Assembly (NCBI GenBank): GCA_965662235.1
Contig: CBFIGY010000008.1
Location: 36,979 to 100,978 of the forward strand
Direction of reading: 5' to 3'
Length of the DNA stretch: 64,000 nucleotides
DNA from: an uncultured bacterium
Lineage (GTDB): Bacteria > SAR324 > NAC60-12
Part shown: positions 25,526 to 35,624 of the stretch, piece by piece
How positions within the stretch are numbered: the first letter of the stretch is position 1
How the letters are laid out: every line of letters starts with the position of its first letter
The notes under the pieces: model-generated
Told to the model about the DNA's origin: nothing
What the model saw: only the letters and a program-made list of their open reading frames with translations
The model's database searches: none
Position numbers and translations under genes: made by a program

Positions 25526-27625
25526 TTACTCGTTGCCGACGAGCTCCACCATGCCCAGCGCTTCGATTCGTACATCCTGGGCGACTTCGTTGTGCGACAG
25601 CACCACCAGGTTGGGCAGGAACCGCTCCACCAGACGACGGACGTGGGGTCGAATCAGCGGGGAGCACAGCAGCAGTGGCTGGTAGTTGTTCAGGGTGAAT
25701 TGCTCCATCATCGAGTCAATTCCGTTGATGATCATCTGGGCCACTGCCGGACTCAGTCCTAGGTAAGCGCCCTGTCCCGAATCCTGGATGGAGTTGGCAA
25801 TCTGGTTCTCCAGCTCCTGCGACAGGGTGATCAGCGGCAGCATGCCGTCCGGAGTCTGATACTGCCGGGTGATCTGACGCGAGAGGGCCTGACGGACGTG
25901 CTCGGTGAGCAGGTCCGGGTCCTTGGTCACGTATGAGGCATCAGCCAACGTTTCCAGGACGGTGTGCAGGTCACGGATGGAGATCAGCTCCCGTAACAGG
26001 TTCTGTAGCACTTTCTGCACCACACCCAGCGGGAGCAGTCCCGGAACCAGCTCTTCCACCACTTTCGGTTCACTCTTCGCAAAGGAATCCAGCAGCTTCT
26101 GTGCCTCCTGACGGCCAATGAACTCGTGGGCGTGCGTTTTGAGGATTTCGGTGATGTGGGTGGCCAGAACCGTCGGTTGGTCCACAACGGTGTAGCCGGC
26201 AAACTGCGCCCGCTCTTCATCCTCAGACGCAATCCAGATGGCCGGTAGCCCAAAGGCGGGCTCAACGGTGTCTACTCCGGGAATCTCTTCGTCGACCTCT
26301 CCAGTCTTCATGGCGAGGAAGTGCCCAACCATCAGCTCAGCCCGTGCCACCTCAATGCCCTTGATCGTGATGGAGTACTCGCCTGGAGACAGCTCTAGAT
26401 TGTCCTTGATGTGCAACGGCGGGACAATGAAACCAAAGTCCAGAGCCATCTGCCGCCGGATCGCCTTGACCCGCTTGAGCAGTTCGCCGTCCTGCTCCTC
26501 ATCCACCAATGGGATCAACCCGTAGCCCAGTTCCAGTCCAAGCACGTCGATCGGCAGCAGCGAGGCAATGTCTTCGGGCTCTTCAGAAAGCTCCTGCTGC
26601 AGCTGCAGTTCCGAATCGGCCTCCATTTGCAACGCGGCCTGTTCGCTCTGCGTCTTACTGCTCCTGGCCAAGAAAAAGGTCACCAGCGACAGCAATAGGA
26701 ACGGCACAGTGGGCAGTCCTGGAATGAGAGCAAAGGCTAGGAGGACAACAGACGCGACGTAGAGGGCCTGAACGTTTCCGAAAATCTGGGCGCGCAGGTC
26801 AACCGAAATTTTGTTCTCGGCAGACGCCTTGGTGACCGCGATACCGGCAGCGATGGAGATGATCAGGGCCGGGATCTGCGAAACCAGTCCGTCTCCCACC
26901 GTCAGGGTGGCATACGACTGGAAGGCGTCTCCGGCGGTCATTCCAAACTGCGTGATGCCAACCAGCAGTCCCCCAAGGATGTTGATGGACGTGATGATCA
27001 GGCCGGCAATGGCGTCACCGCGGACAAATTTACTCGCTCCGTCCAGCGCTCCGAAGTAGTCCGATTCACGCTGAATGCGACTCCGGCGATCCTTGGCTTC
27101 TGTCTCATCAATCAAACCAGCGTTCAGGTCGGCATCGATGGCCATCTGCTTACCGGGCATTGCGTCCAAGGTAAAGCGAGCCGCGACTTCCGCGATCCGT
27201 CCCGTACCCTTGGTGATCACGACAAAGTTGATGATGACCAGGATCAGGAAGACGATGATTCCGACAATGACGTTTCCTCCTACCACGAACTCACCAAACG
27301 ATTTGATGATCGCTCCGGCCGCCGAGGGGCCTTGGTTTCCGTTCAGAAGGATCAGTCGGGTGGACGCAACGTTGAGCGAGAGCCGGAAGAGAGTTGAGAT
27401 GAGGAGAACGGTGGGGAACGACGAGAAATCGAGCGAGCTAGCCGTGAACAACGCCACAAACAGAATGAGCACCCCAATCGTGATGCTCATGGCAATGAGC
27501 AGGTCGAGGATGATCTCCGGAAGCGGGACCACCATGATCAGCAAGATGCTGATCACCCCGGCTGCCAGAGCAATATCCGAGTTGCGAAATGTGGAGATTT
27601 GAGGGCTACTTGTGCTCGATGCCAA
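25526..27625 (-). CDS. flhA: Flagellar export gate protein FlhA
   Basis: FHIPEP signature RIAEVAARFTLDAMPGKQMAIDADL, GDGLVSQIP; TTG start. Confidence 0.97.
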   Translation of the reverse strand: MASSTSSPQISTFRNSDIALAAGVISILLIMVVPLPEIILDLLIAMSITIGVLILFVALFTASSLDFSSFPTVLLISTLFRLSLNVASTRLILLNGNQGPSAAGAIIKSFGEFVVGGNVIVGIIVFLILVIINFVVITKGTGRIAEVAARFTLDAMPGKQMAIDADLNAGLIDETEAKDRRSRIQRESDYFGALDGASKFVRGDAIAGLIITSINILGGLLVGITQFGMTAGDAFQSYATLTVGDGLVSQIPALIISIAAGIAVTKASAENKISVDLRAQIFGNVQALYVASVVLLAFALIPGLPTVPFLLLSLVTFFLARSSKTQSEQAALQMEADSELQLQQELSEEPEDIASLLPIDVLGLELGYGLIPLVDEEQDGELLKRVKAIRRQMALDFGFIVPPLHIKDNLELSPGEYSITIKGIEVARAELMVGHFLAMKTGEVDEEIPGVDTVEPAFGLPAIWIASEDEERAQFAGYTVVDQPTVLATHITEILKTHAHEFIGRQEAQKLLDSFAKSEPKVVEELVPGLLPLGVVQKVLQNLLRELISIRDLHTVLETLADASYVTKDPDLLTEHVRQALSRQITRQYQTPDGMLPLITLSQELENQIANSIQDSGQGAYLGLSPAVAQMIINGIDSMMEQFTLNNYQPLLLCSPLIRPHVRRLVERFLPNLVVLSHNEVAQDVRIEALGMVELVGNE

Positions 27626-27736
27626 TGGTGGTTCCTGAATCGGATGACGTGGCTAGAGGCAAAAGCCTGTTCAAGTGAAAAGAAAGAGTTTCTTGTTCCT
27701 CCCGGAAATCTCAAGCTGATTGGACGCGACGCCGGT

Positions 27737-28801
27737 TCAGCGTCGACCACGGAGGCGGTAGATCTGGGCGAGGATTTCGGCAATCGCTTTGTAGAAACGT
27801 TCCGGAATGTTCTCCCCGATTTCTACGTTTGCATACAATTCACGGGCCAGAGAGGGCTTTTCGATGATGGGGACGTTGCTCTCACGGGCCACGGTCTTCA
27901 TGCGCAGGGCCAAAAAGTCGACGCCCTTGGCGGTCACCTGGGGAGCAGACATGATCTCTCGGTCATACTTCAGGGCCACGGCAAAGTGCGTCGGGTTGAC
28001 CACAATCGCGTCTGCCTTGGGCACTTCCTGCATCATGCGGGCGCTGGACATTTCCCGCTGAATCTGGCGAATCCGGGACTTGAGCTGCGGGTCCCCTTCT
28101 GTTTCCTTGTGCTCTTCCTTGGTTTCCTGCTTGGTCATCATCAGCTGCTGTTCGTGATACCAGCGCTGGTAAAACAGGTCAAAAACGGCAATGGCGAGCA
28201 GGGCTAGGACAATTTTGCCTGTAATTTCAGCAATTGCCTGAAAGTTGAACGAAACAATCTCTTCCGGATGCAAAACGGACAGACCATTCATCTTGTTGAT
28301 CATGTCCAAGTAGCTGAGGTAACCAATGACGCCGACGATGGTCAGCTTCGCCATGCTCTTGAGGAAGTCAGCAATGGCCTGGCTGGAGAAAAGGCGCTTG
28401 AGGCCACTGAGGGGACTGATGCGTTCGAACTTGGGCGCCAGCGGCTTTCCGGTGATCTGGAACCCCACTTGGGCCACAGACAGGAGGATCGCCATGCCGA
28501 TCAGAACCACTGCCAGCAGGGCCATCATGGGGAGCATCGGCAAGAAGGCCGTCCCCAGTTTTCCGGAGATGAAGGGGATGGTGAAGTCCTGTCCCGGAGC
28601 AATTTCGGAGAAGCTGTTGTAGAACATCTCCCGGGTGGAGTCCATGAAGAGCGATCCGGTGGCATACAGCAGCAGCGCTGCAGCCCCCAGCATGAACGCC
28701 GAGGTCAGCTCCTTGCTGTTGGCGACCTGCCCCTCTTCCCGCGCTTTCTGACGGCGCCGTTCAGTAGGGGCTTCCGTTTTTTCTTGGTCTTGATCCGCCA
28801 T
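27737..28801 (-). CDS. flhB: Flagellar export protein FlhB
   Basis: EKTEAPT, EGDP, NPTH autocleavage motif. Confidence 0.97.
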   Translation of the reverse strand: MADQDQEKTEAPTERRRQKAREEGQVANSKELTSAFMLGAAALLLYATGSLFMDSTREMFYNSFSEIAPGQDFTIPFISGKLGTAFLPMLPMMALLAVVLIGMAILLSVAQVGFQITGKPLAPKFERISPLSGLKRLFSSQAIADFLKSMAKLTIVGVIGYLSYLDMINKMNGLSVLHPEEIVSFNFQAIAEITGKIVLALLAIAVFDLFYQRWYHEQQLMMTKQETKEEHKETEGDPQLKSRIRQIQREMSSARMMQEVPKADAIVVNPTHFAVALKYDREIMSAPQVTAKGVDFLALRMKTVARESNVPIIEKPSLARELYANVEIGENIPERFYKAIAEILAQIYRLRGRR

Positions 28802-28802
28802 G

Positions 28803-29594
28803 TCACGGGCTCGGGAGGGCTAGGATGCGGAGCGCATCCAGCATTTGATTGTCCAGCATTCCAAACATCTGTCGCACTGCCGGGACAAAAAAGGGCATGC
28901 CGACCATGATGAAGAAGAATCCCAGGAGCAGGGTGAGGGGAAAGCCCACCACAAAGACCTGAATCTGCGGCACAGCACGAGACAGCAGGGCAATGACGAG
29001 GTTCGCCAGAAAGAGCGACACGATCAAGGGCGCTCCCAGCTGAAATCCAATGGAGAACACTCCAGAGGTCACCCGCGTGATCATCTCCATCAGCTGACTG
29101 TTGATGTGAGCACCACCGACGGGAAGCAGGTCGTAGCTCCGGATGAGCGCCTGAATCACCAGCAGGTGCCCGTCGAGGACCAAAAAGATCAAGGTGGCGA
29201 CAATGTTCTCAAACTGACCAATCAGCGACACCTGCTGCTGCGACTGCGGATCAAAGACGTTCGCCATGCTGAGTCCCATCTGCAGACCAATGATGCTTCC
29301 GGCAAACTCGACCGCGGCAAACATCACTCGGCCCAAGAACCCCAGAACCAAGCCAATCAGCAACTCCCCAAAGATCAGCAGCACGTACTCGCTGGGCTGA
29401 TCCGGAGTCATCGGAGGCTCCGGGACAAACGGGTAGATGATCAGGGCGAGCACCACCGACAGCCCCACCTTGGCCTGAGGAAACAGGTTGCTGCTGCTCA
29501 GGATGGGCGCCGTCAGGGTCATGCTTCCAATGCGGATCAGCACGAGGATGAACCCGAGCAGCTGGGCCGCGTCGTAGTTCAGCAGATCCGCCAT
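28803..29594 (-). CDS. fliR: Flagellar export protein FliR
   Basis: GLQMGLSMANVFDP, LDGHL, SRAVPQIQVF. Confidence 0.95.
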   Translation of the reverse strand: MADLLNYDAAQLLGFILVLIRIGSMTLTAPILSSSNLFPQAKVGLSVVLALIIYPFVPEPPMTPDQPSEYVLLIFGELLIGLVLGFLGRVMFAAVEFAGSIIGLQMGLSMANVFDPQSQQQVSLIGQFENIVATLIFLVLDGHLLVIQALIRSYDLLPVGGAHINSQLMEMITRVTSGVFSIGFQLGAPLIVSLFLANLVIALLSRAVPQIQVFVVGFPLTLLLGFFFIMVGMPFFVPAVRQMFGMLDNQMLDALRILALPSP

Positions 29595-29600
29595 AACAGC

Positions 29601-29993
29601 TTAGTCCTCCCGGACGTTGTAGGACGAGCTGGAATACGGGGCGCGGCTGAGTGTTCCGCCTCCGGCTCGCTCCTGCTCCTGCTGGCAGGTGATGCACATG
29701 CGCGCCAGCGGCATCACCATCAGCCGCTTCTTCGCAATTTCATCACCGCACTCCTCACAGAACCCGTACTCGCCAATCGCAATTCGGTTGATGGCCTCCT
29801 CGATCTCTTCCAGCTGAAGTCGCTCCCGGTCCTGAAGGAGCAACCGCATCTCATGCTCCTGCGACTCCACAGAGTTGTCGATGTCATCTCCAATATCACG
29901 ACGGGAGTCATCGATCTCTTCTGCGCGTAGTCCGCGCAACCCAGCTAGGATCTCTTCTTTGCGAGAAAGGAGCAATTGTTTGATTTCGTTCAT
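29601..29993 (-). CDS. dksA: DksA/TraR family C4 zinc-finger transcription factor
   Basis: Coiled-coil tip DDIDNS (DxxDxA-like), GEYGFCEECG...RL...P..RMCITCQ; ATG at 29993 with GAGGA RBS. Confidence 0.85.
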   Translation of the reverse strand: MNEIKQLLLSRKEEILAGLRGLRAEEIDDSRRDIGDDIDNSVESQEHEMRLLLQDRERLQLEEIEEAINRIAIGEYGFCEECGDEIAKKRLMVMPLARMCITCQQEQERAGGGTLSRAPYSSSSYNVRED

Positions 29994-30053
29994 AAATCCT
30001 CTAGTACCTCGATCCAAGCCAAGGAGTGTTTAATAAGAAAAGCACGTAATACT

Positions 30054-30070
30054 TGCAAAACTAGGTCCAA
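30054..30070 (-). promoter_or_regulatory. Candidate sigma-54 (-24/-12) promoter upstream of the dksA-fliR-flhB operon
   Basis: Minus strand TTGGACCTAGTTTTGCA = GG-N10-GC with TTGCA; overlaps a sigma-70-like TTGCAA-N17-TATTAA. Confidence 0.5.
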
Positions 30071-30072
30071 AA

Positions 30073-31431
30073 TCAAGAGCTTTTTTTCTGCAGGAGCTGC
30101 GAAAAGAAGCCCATGTGGTCCGGATCGGTCACCACCTGCAGAGCGCCTTCTGGGGTCACCCAGCGTGCAGAGGTGTCGGTTTGGGGAAACGCGACCGGGA
30201 CAAAATCCGGGTGCGCCTCCAAGAAGGCCTGAACCTGGAGGGTGTTTTCCTCAGGCTCCAGCGAGCAGGTCGCATACGCGATCATTCCCTCTGGACGGAC
30301 CAGACGGGCGGCTTCGCTGAGCAACTGACGCTGAAGGGGGCATTGGTCCAATAAACTGTCAGCTGTGCGGCGCCACTTCAAGTCCGGGTTCTTACGGATG
30401 GTCCCGGTTGCTGAGCAGGGGGCATCTAGGAGCAGCCAGTCGAAGGACGCATCGGCAAACGGGAGCTGGGTGCCATCGGCGACCAGGAGTTCCGGCAGGG
30501 GGTGGTTCAACCTCCGGAAGTTCCGGCGGAGGGCCTTGAGGCGTTCCAGTGAGCGGTCAGCGGCCACCAGCGACCCCTCGGGACGTCCCGGGAAGAGCCC
30601 CAGGGTCTTGCCTCCGGGGGCCGCACAGACGTCTAGCCCGCGACCCTGCAGCAGCGGTCCAGCGGTTTGGGTGAAGAGAAAAGACGAGGCATCCTGCACC
30701 CAAAACCCACCGGCCCGGTACGTTTCCGTTTCCCAGAGTCCGGAGCTTCGAGGGGCGCGCCAGAGTTCTGGATGAGCCGGATGGCGTTCAAGCGCAACGC
30801 CTTCCGCTCCCAACGCGTCTTGCAGCCGAGCCCCGGTCCAACCCGGAGCAGGCACCAGCGTGATGCCTTCAAAGGTGTTGTTGGCCTCGCAGATGGCCTC
30901 GGTGGCCGCTTTCCCGTACGTCTGCTCCCACCGGTGCACCATCCAGTCGGGATGTGACGTGCGCACGGCCAGGGAGCCTTCTTGAGGAGAAAGACGCCCC
31001 GCATCCCGATCACGTTGCAGCGTCCGGAGGACTCCGTTCACGAGGCCTGTGGCCCGGGCGCGTCCTCCGTCACGGACCAGCTGCACGGCTTCATTGAGCG
31101 TGGCATGATCCGGAAGGCGCTCCAGCAGAAGCAGTTCTAGGGCGCCCAGCTTCAGAACGGCTTCGACCTCTGGATCTGGAAGGCGTCCGGTTCGGAGGCG
31201 GTTTCGGATCAGCTGAGTCAGCCAGCGGTCGTGCCGGAGCAGTCCCTGCAGGAGCTGCGTGTACAGGCGTCGGTCCCGGTCTGAAAGCTCGCGAGGAGGG
31301 TCCGGAAGCGCTTCTCGTGTTTGAGCAAACCGCGAAAAAGCTTGCAGCGCGGCCGAACGCGCCGAAAGCTGAGGGGCTGGAGAAGACGGGGGCCGCCGAA
31401 AGCGACGGGAGCGATCCGCAGGTCGAGACAT
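30073..31431 (-). CDS. rsmB: 16S rRNA m5C967 methyltransferase RsmB (NusB-like domain + NOL1/Sun)
   Basis: LVNGVLR, SHPDW, VQDASS, DVCAAPGGKT, DAPCSATG, YATCSL. Confidence 0.9.
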   Translation of the reverse strand: MSRPADRSRRFRRPPSSPAPQLSARSAALQAFSRFAQTREALPDPPRELSDRDRRLYTQLLQGLLRHDRWLTQLIRNRLRTGRLPDPEVEAVLKLGALELLLLERLPDHATLNEAVQLVRDGGRARATGLVNGVLRTLQRDRDAGRLSPQEGSLAVRTSHPDWMVHRWEQTYGKAATEAICEANNTFEGITLVPAPGWTGARLQDALGAEGVALERHPAHPELWRAPRSSGLWETETYRAGGFWVQDASSFLFTQTAGPLLQGRGLDVCAAPGGKTLGLFPGRPEGSLVAADRSLERLKALRRNFRRLNHPLPELLVADGTQLPFADASFDWLLLDAPCSATGTIRKNPDLKWRRTADSLLDQCPLQRQLLSEAARLVRPEGMIAYATCSLEPEENTLQVQAFLEAHPDFVPVAFPQTDTSARWVTPEGALQVVTDPDHMGFFSQLLQKKSS

Positions 31432-31456
31432 TGTTTAGCTGACTGAAAGAAGGAAC

Positions 31457-32251
31457 ATGAAAAATTGGAGGAAACGTCCGGGGCTTGCTGCCGGGTTGAT
31501 GCTCATGCTGATTGTGGCTCCGCTCATGGGGCACGCGGCGCCTCCCCTGCTCTCTGCAGGAACGGAGCTGGTGTACGAGCACATCCACCTGAAGCGTCAG
31601 GAGGTTACCGGACGGAGTGAATTTCGTTATGCCAAGGGAACCGGAGACAAGGCCGCATTTCTCATTGAGACCAATGAAAACACCAAGCCGGATGGAGAGG
31701 TCTTTTCCCGTAAGCAGGTGCAGCTGGATCCCCAAAGCTGGCAGGCCTCCTACTACGTTGAGGAGGATCTGCGGAAGGGGCTGCGCATTGAAAACATCTA
31801 CACCCCGGGACGCATTCAGACCCGTCTCCAGGAAAAAGACAACGTTCGCGAGTTTGCCCTAGATGTTCCTCAGTCGGGAATGGTCCCGTTGGAAACGCTG
31901 ATGCTGTACCTGCGCAAGAACCTAGAGGCGTTTGACCAGCAGCAGCGCCTGACCTTTTCCCTCTACCTTCCAGCCCTTGCCCTGGAATTGGAACGCAACA
32001 ACCTGCCCCGCTCCATGAGTGTGGTACAGATGATTGTGGAACGGGAAGGAACGCAGGAGGTGGACTCTCCACTCGGACGGGTGACCGCCGATCGGCTACT
32101 GGCCTATCCGCAGTCTGCTATGCTGAGGTTGTTGCTGCCGAAGAGCAAGACGCACTTTCGCTTTCTGGTTGCCCAGCCGGCGCCTCACTGGATCCTTGAG
32201 TTTGAGGAAGGGGAGACGCGCCACCGGCTGACCTCTCTGGTGGTGCCTTAA
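31457..32251 (+). CDS. Hypothetical exported beta-rich protein
   Basis: Basic N-region, hydrophobic core and GHA-A cleavage-like site; AAGGA RBS. Confidence 0.75.
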   Translation: MKNWRKRPGLAAGLMLMLIVAPLMGHAAPPLLSAGTELVYEHIHLKRQEVTGRSEFRYAKGTGDKAAFLIETNENTKPDGEVFSRKQVQLDPQSWQASYYVEEDLRKGLRIENIYTPGRIQTRLQEKDNVREFALDVPQSGMVPLETLMLYLRKNLEAFDQQQRLTFSLYLPALALELERNNLPRSMSVVQMIVEREGTQEVDSPLGRVTADRLLAYPQSAMLRLLLPKSKTHFRFLVAQPAPHWILEFEEGETRHRLTSLVVP

Positions 32252-33819
32252 CTCACCTGAAATTGGGCCTCGGGTCCCTGTCCGGACTGTTTCACGCGCT
32301 GGTTGGCCGCCAGGTGCCGGAGGATCCGGAAGAGGGTTTCCGCCTGGTCTGTCTGTCCCAGCTCCTGAGCCAGCTCTGGAGCCGTCACCGCCCGGCCGTT
32401 GTTTTGCTGGAACCAGCTGAGGCTCTTTCCCTGCAGGTCAATGACGGCGCCTGCTGCAACCTTCCCGGCCTCCACGCCAGGCTGGTGGTAGGCGTTGATG
32501 CCCACAAGGAACGCATAAAGGCCCACGGCTCGCTCAAACAGCGCAATCAGTGCCCCCACCCGGAAGGCGTCCACCTGCTCCAGCGTGAGTGTCAGTGAGG
32601 CCCGGCCGTTTTCCGCCAGGGCCGTTCGGGTTCCTTGGAAAAAACCGTGCAGGTAGTCTCCGGAGGTGACCCCTGGTTCCACGTCAATGGTCACGCCTTC
32701 CCGGTCCTTGAGGACCTCGAGAAACACCGCAAAGAAATCATTCGGACCTTCCCGCAGCTGCTGAATGTAGGCGTGCTGGTCGGTGGAGCCTTTGTTGCCG
32801 TAAACGGTCAGCCCCTGATGTACGGTTGCGCCTTGGAGGTCGGTTTCCTTGCCCAGGGACTCCATTACCAGCTGTTGCAGGTAACGGCTGAAGAGCTCCA
32901 GCCGGTCCTTGTAGGGCAGAACGACCATGGCCTTCTCGGCGTTGCCCTGAGTCAGGGTGTGCCAGGCAAGGGCCAGCAGCGCCGCCGGATTCTGAGAAAG
33001 CTCCGGAAGGCGAGTCACCTGGTCCATCTCTCGGGCGCCTTGAAGCAGGCCTTCCCAGTCGAGCCCCTGCAGCGCGGCGGGAAGCAGTCCGACTACGGCT
33101 GTTTCAGAGGTCCGCCCGCCAACCCAGTCCCACATCGGGAAACGCTCCAGCCAGCCTTCTGAAACCGCTGTTTCCGAAAGCGCGCTTCCTGCGCCTGTAA
33201 TGGCAACCGCGTGGCGTTCAAACTCCAGTCCGGCTTTCAGAAAGGCGTGCTGTGCCTCCAGCATTCCGTTTCGGGTTTCTTTGGTGCCTCCGGACTTGGA
33301 AATCACCAGCACCAGCGTTTGGGCCAACTGACCGTTCAGGGCATTCAGAACGCGGTCCATGCCGTCTGGATCCGTGTTGTCAAAGAAGTGAACCGTCATC
33401 GCGTCCTGCAGGGTTCCCAAGGCATGGGCGACAAACTGAGGGCCGAGTGCTGAGCCTCCAATGCCAATGAGCAGCAGATGCGTGAAGGGCTTCCCGTTTG
33501 CCCCCTGCAGGCGTCCGCTGTGGACTTCTTGCACAAACTGACGGATCTGATCGTGAGAAGCCTCAATGGCGGCTCTCAACTCCGGATGCGGCGCCAGCGT
33601 GGCGTCCCGGAGCCAGTAGTGCCCCACCTGACGCTGCTCATCCGGATTGGAAACAGCGCCGGCTTCTAGGGCCTGCATGTCGGCAAACGCCTGGGCCAAC
33701 GCGCCGGCCGCAGGAGCATCTTCCGGACGCTTCCACCCGACCCGCGAGGTGTCAAGGGCTAGGCCAAGGCTTGGAAAATCAAAGTGATTTTGACAAAAAT
33801 GTTCCCAACTCAGGTCCAT
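32248..33819 (-). CDS. pgi: Glucose-6-phosphate isomerase
   Basis: [44 protein letters not shown]. Confidence 0.97.
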   Translation of the reverse strand: MDLSWEHFCQNHFDFPSLGLALDTSRVGWKRPEDAPAAGALAQAFADMQALEAGAVSNPDEQRQVGHYWLRDATLAPHPELRAAIEASHDQIRQFVQEVHSGRLQGANGKPFTHLLLIGIGGSALGPQFVAHALGTLQDAMTVHFFDNTDPDGMDRVLNALNGQLAQTLVLVISKSGGTKETRNGMLEAQHAFLKAGLEFERHAVAITGAGSALSETAVSEGWLERFPMWDWVGGRTSETAVVGLLPAALQGLDWEGLLQGAREMDQVTRLPELSQNPAALLALAWHTLTQGNAEKAMVVLPYKDRLELFSRYLQQLVMESLGKETDLQGATVHQGLTVYGNKGSTDQHAYIQQLREGPNDFFAVFLEVLKDREGVTIDVEPGVTSGDYLHGFFQGTRTALAENGRASLTLTLEQVDAFRVGALIALFERAVGLYAFLVGINAYHQPGVEAGKVAAGAVIDLQGKSLSWFQQNNGRAVTAPELAQELGQTDQAETLFRILRHLAANQRVKQSGQGPEAQFQVS

Positions 33820-33875
33820 GAGCTTTCCTGCAAAGTCTTGGGGTTTCAGAGATTCGTGGAGACAGGTGGTGCAAG

Positions 33876-33903
33876 TTGACTGTTTGGTTTATCGGGTTAT
33901 GCT
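33876..33903 (+). promoter_or_regulatory. Possible sigma-70 promoter for the Hsp20 operon
   Basis: TTGACT-N16-TATGCT, followed by inverted repeat TGCAA-N8-TTGCA (33910-33927). Confidence 0.35.
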
Positions 33904-33947
33904 GATGTTTGCAAGTGTCATTTTGCATCTGCACACAAAGCCCCCGA

Positions 33948-34382
33948 ATGAGCCGCACACCCGATCCCTCTGAACTGGAGCACCTTTTTGAGCGCAAAAA
34001 GCGAAACGACGAGCGCTTGAAGGAGCTCCTTGAGCACCCCCCGAAGCCTGATTCGGCTTCTGAACGAAGCACCATCTATCCGGATTTTGACATCCTGCAG
34101 AGCGCCCACGAGTTGCTCCTGGCCATCAATCTGCCTGGGGTGCTGCCAAATGGCGTGAACCTGGAGTGGAACGACCACCACTTCCGGGTGACCGGGTCGT
34201 TTCCGCAGCACAGCGGCGACGGCTTCCGCTTCCTGCATCAGGGGCGCCCCAGTGGTGACTTTGCCTGCGACTTTGCCCTGCCTGTCAAAACCAGCGGACC
34301 TCCTGAAATGCACATGGAGCATGGCATTCTGCAAATCCGAATCCCGCTGGATCCTTCCGAAGCGACTGATTCCGAGACCTAA
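33948..34382 (+). CDS. Divergent Hsp20/alpha-crystallin domain protein
   Basis: PDFDI...INLPGV...RVTG...GDFACDFALP...HGILQIRIP. Confidence 0.8.
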   Translation: MSRTPDPSELEHLFERKKRNDERLKELLEHPPKPDSASERSTIYPDFDILQSAHELLLAINLPGVLPNGVNLEWNDHHFRVTGSFPQHSGDGFRFLHQGRPSGDFACDFALPVKTSGPPEMHMEHGILQIRIPLDPSEATDSET

Positions 34383-34526
34383 ATGCCCCGAATTCTCAGA
34401 AACTACCTGATCAGCTTTGCCATCATTGGCGCACTCCTGCTGGTCGTGGACTGGATTGACCAACGCATGAAGGCTGAGCAAGAGGCGACCTCTGCTCAAG
34501 AAACCACGCAACCTGCTGAGGAGTAA
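34383..34526 (+). CDS. Small (47 aa) single-TM protein, not in the ORF track
   Basis: MPRILRNYLISFAIIGALLLVVDWIDQRMKAEQEATSAQETTQPAEE*; abuts the Hsp20 stop and ends 3 nt before the next start. Confidence 0.6.
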   Translation: MPRILRNYLISFAIIGALLLVVDWIDQRMKAEQEATSAQETTQPAEE

Positions 34527-34529
34527 CTC

Positions 34530-35471
34530 ATGAAGCTCATAGCCGATGTCGATACCGGCATTGATGACGCGCTGGCGCTCGTCTACTTGGCTCACCTCCA
34601 GCACCAAGGACGGGTGCAGCTGCTAGGGTGCAGCACCGTCGGGGGAAACGTCCATGTGGATCAGACCACTCGAAACACTCTGAAGATGTGGGAGCTGCTG
34701 GAGCTGGAAGTTCCGGTCGCCAAGGGAGCTGCGCGTCCGTTGCTGGCGCCGCTCAATCCTGCGCCTTATGTGCATGGCGAAGAGGGGCTGGGCAACACCT
34801 TTCTGGAACCACCACAGCGCGAAGCGGCTCCAGAGAGTGCCGATGACATGATCCTCCGCCTCAGCCACGAGCATCCGGGAGAGCTGACGCTCCTGACCAC
34901 AGCACCTCTGACCAACCTGGCCCTGGCGCTGCTACGAGATCCGGGGCTCGCGCAGCGGTTGCAGCGGATTGTGATCATGGGCGGCGCGCTCTTCACTGGA
35001 AACGTCAGTCCGGTGGCCGAGGCCAACATTGCCAATGACCCTGAAGCGGCTCAGATCGTCTTTGAGTCCGGAGCCAACATGACCCTCGTTGGACTGGACG
35101 TGACCCACCAGACCTACCTAGAGCCCCCGGACCTCAAGCCTCTGGAGACTCTGGACACCGAGCGAGCACGGTTTCTCCTGAAGATCATTGGATTCATCAC
35201 CAACGCTTATGGGGAGCTTTCCGGCTGGCCACGTTGCGTTCTCCATGATCCGCTGGCAGCAGGAGTCGCGGTGCATCCGGAGCTGGTGACAACCGAATTC
35301 CGACACACGGCGGTTGAAGTGCAGGGAACGTTGACACGGGGGATGACGGTGGTGGATCGGCGAGGACGGCACTCGGAGCCGCCGAACCTCCATGTGGCGC
35401 TGGAAGTCAACGCCAGCCGCTTCAAGGCTGAGTTTTTGGAGTCGCTGCTCGCCTGGGCGGTGCTGGAGTAA
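34530..35471 (+). CDS. Inosine/uridine-preferring nucleoside hydrolase family
   Basis: DVDTGIDD, GN, HGEEGLG, PLTNLA, AEANIANDPEAA, GLDVT, LHDPLA. Confidence 0.92.
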   Translation: MKLIADVDTGIDDALALVYLAHLQHQGRVQLLGCSTVGGNVHVDQTTRNTLKMWELLELEVPVAKGAARPLLAPLNPAPYVHGEEGLGNTFLEPPQREAAPESADDMILRLSHEHPGELTLLTTAPLTNLALALLRDPGLAQRLQRIVIMGGALFTGNVSPVAEANIANDPEAAQIVFESGANMTLVGLDVTHQTYLEPPDLKPLETLDTERARFLLKIIGFITNAYGELSGWPRCVLHDPLAAGVAVHPELVTTEFRHTAVEVQGTLTRGMTVVDRRGRHSEPPNLHVALEVNASRFKAEFLESLLAWAVLE

Positions 35472-35614
35472 TGGCACACCGCAAGCCCCACCTTCCGGAG
35501 AAGATCTGCCTGGTCTGCGAGCGTCCGTTCGCCTGGAGGAAGAAGTGGGCATCGTGCTGGGAAGAGGTCAAGTACTGCAGCGAACGCTGCCGGACGCAAC
35601 GGCGGTTGCGCTGA
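35471..35614 (+). CDS. DUF2256 family small Cys-rich protein, not in the ORF track
   Basis: LPEKICLVCERPFAWRKKWASCWEEVKYCSERCR; TAATG overlap with the preceding gene. Confidence 0.85.
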   Translation: MAHRKPHLPEKICLVCERPFAWRKKWASCWEEVKYCSERCRTQRRLR

Positions 35615-35624
35615 CGCCTTCCCT

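Noticed and set aside
24322..25698. 458-aa + strand ORF and similar long antisense ORFs (e.g. 2754-3776, 19424-20455, 28845-29930, 40341-41324)
   Set aside because: Shadow frames opposite well-supported genes, expected at high GC; no motifs
27659..27675. Sigma-54-like element upstream of flhA (minus strand TGAACAGGCTTTTGC)
   Set aside because: The invariant GG at -24 is GA
33889..33915. Sigma-28 -10-like CCCGATAA upstream of pgi
   Set aside because: No TAAA/TCAA -35 element at 15-nt spacing
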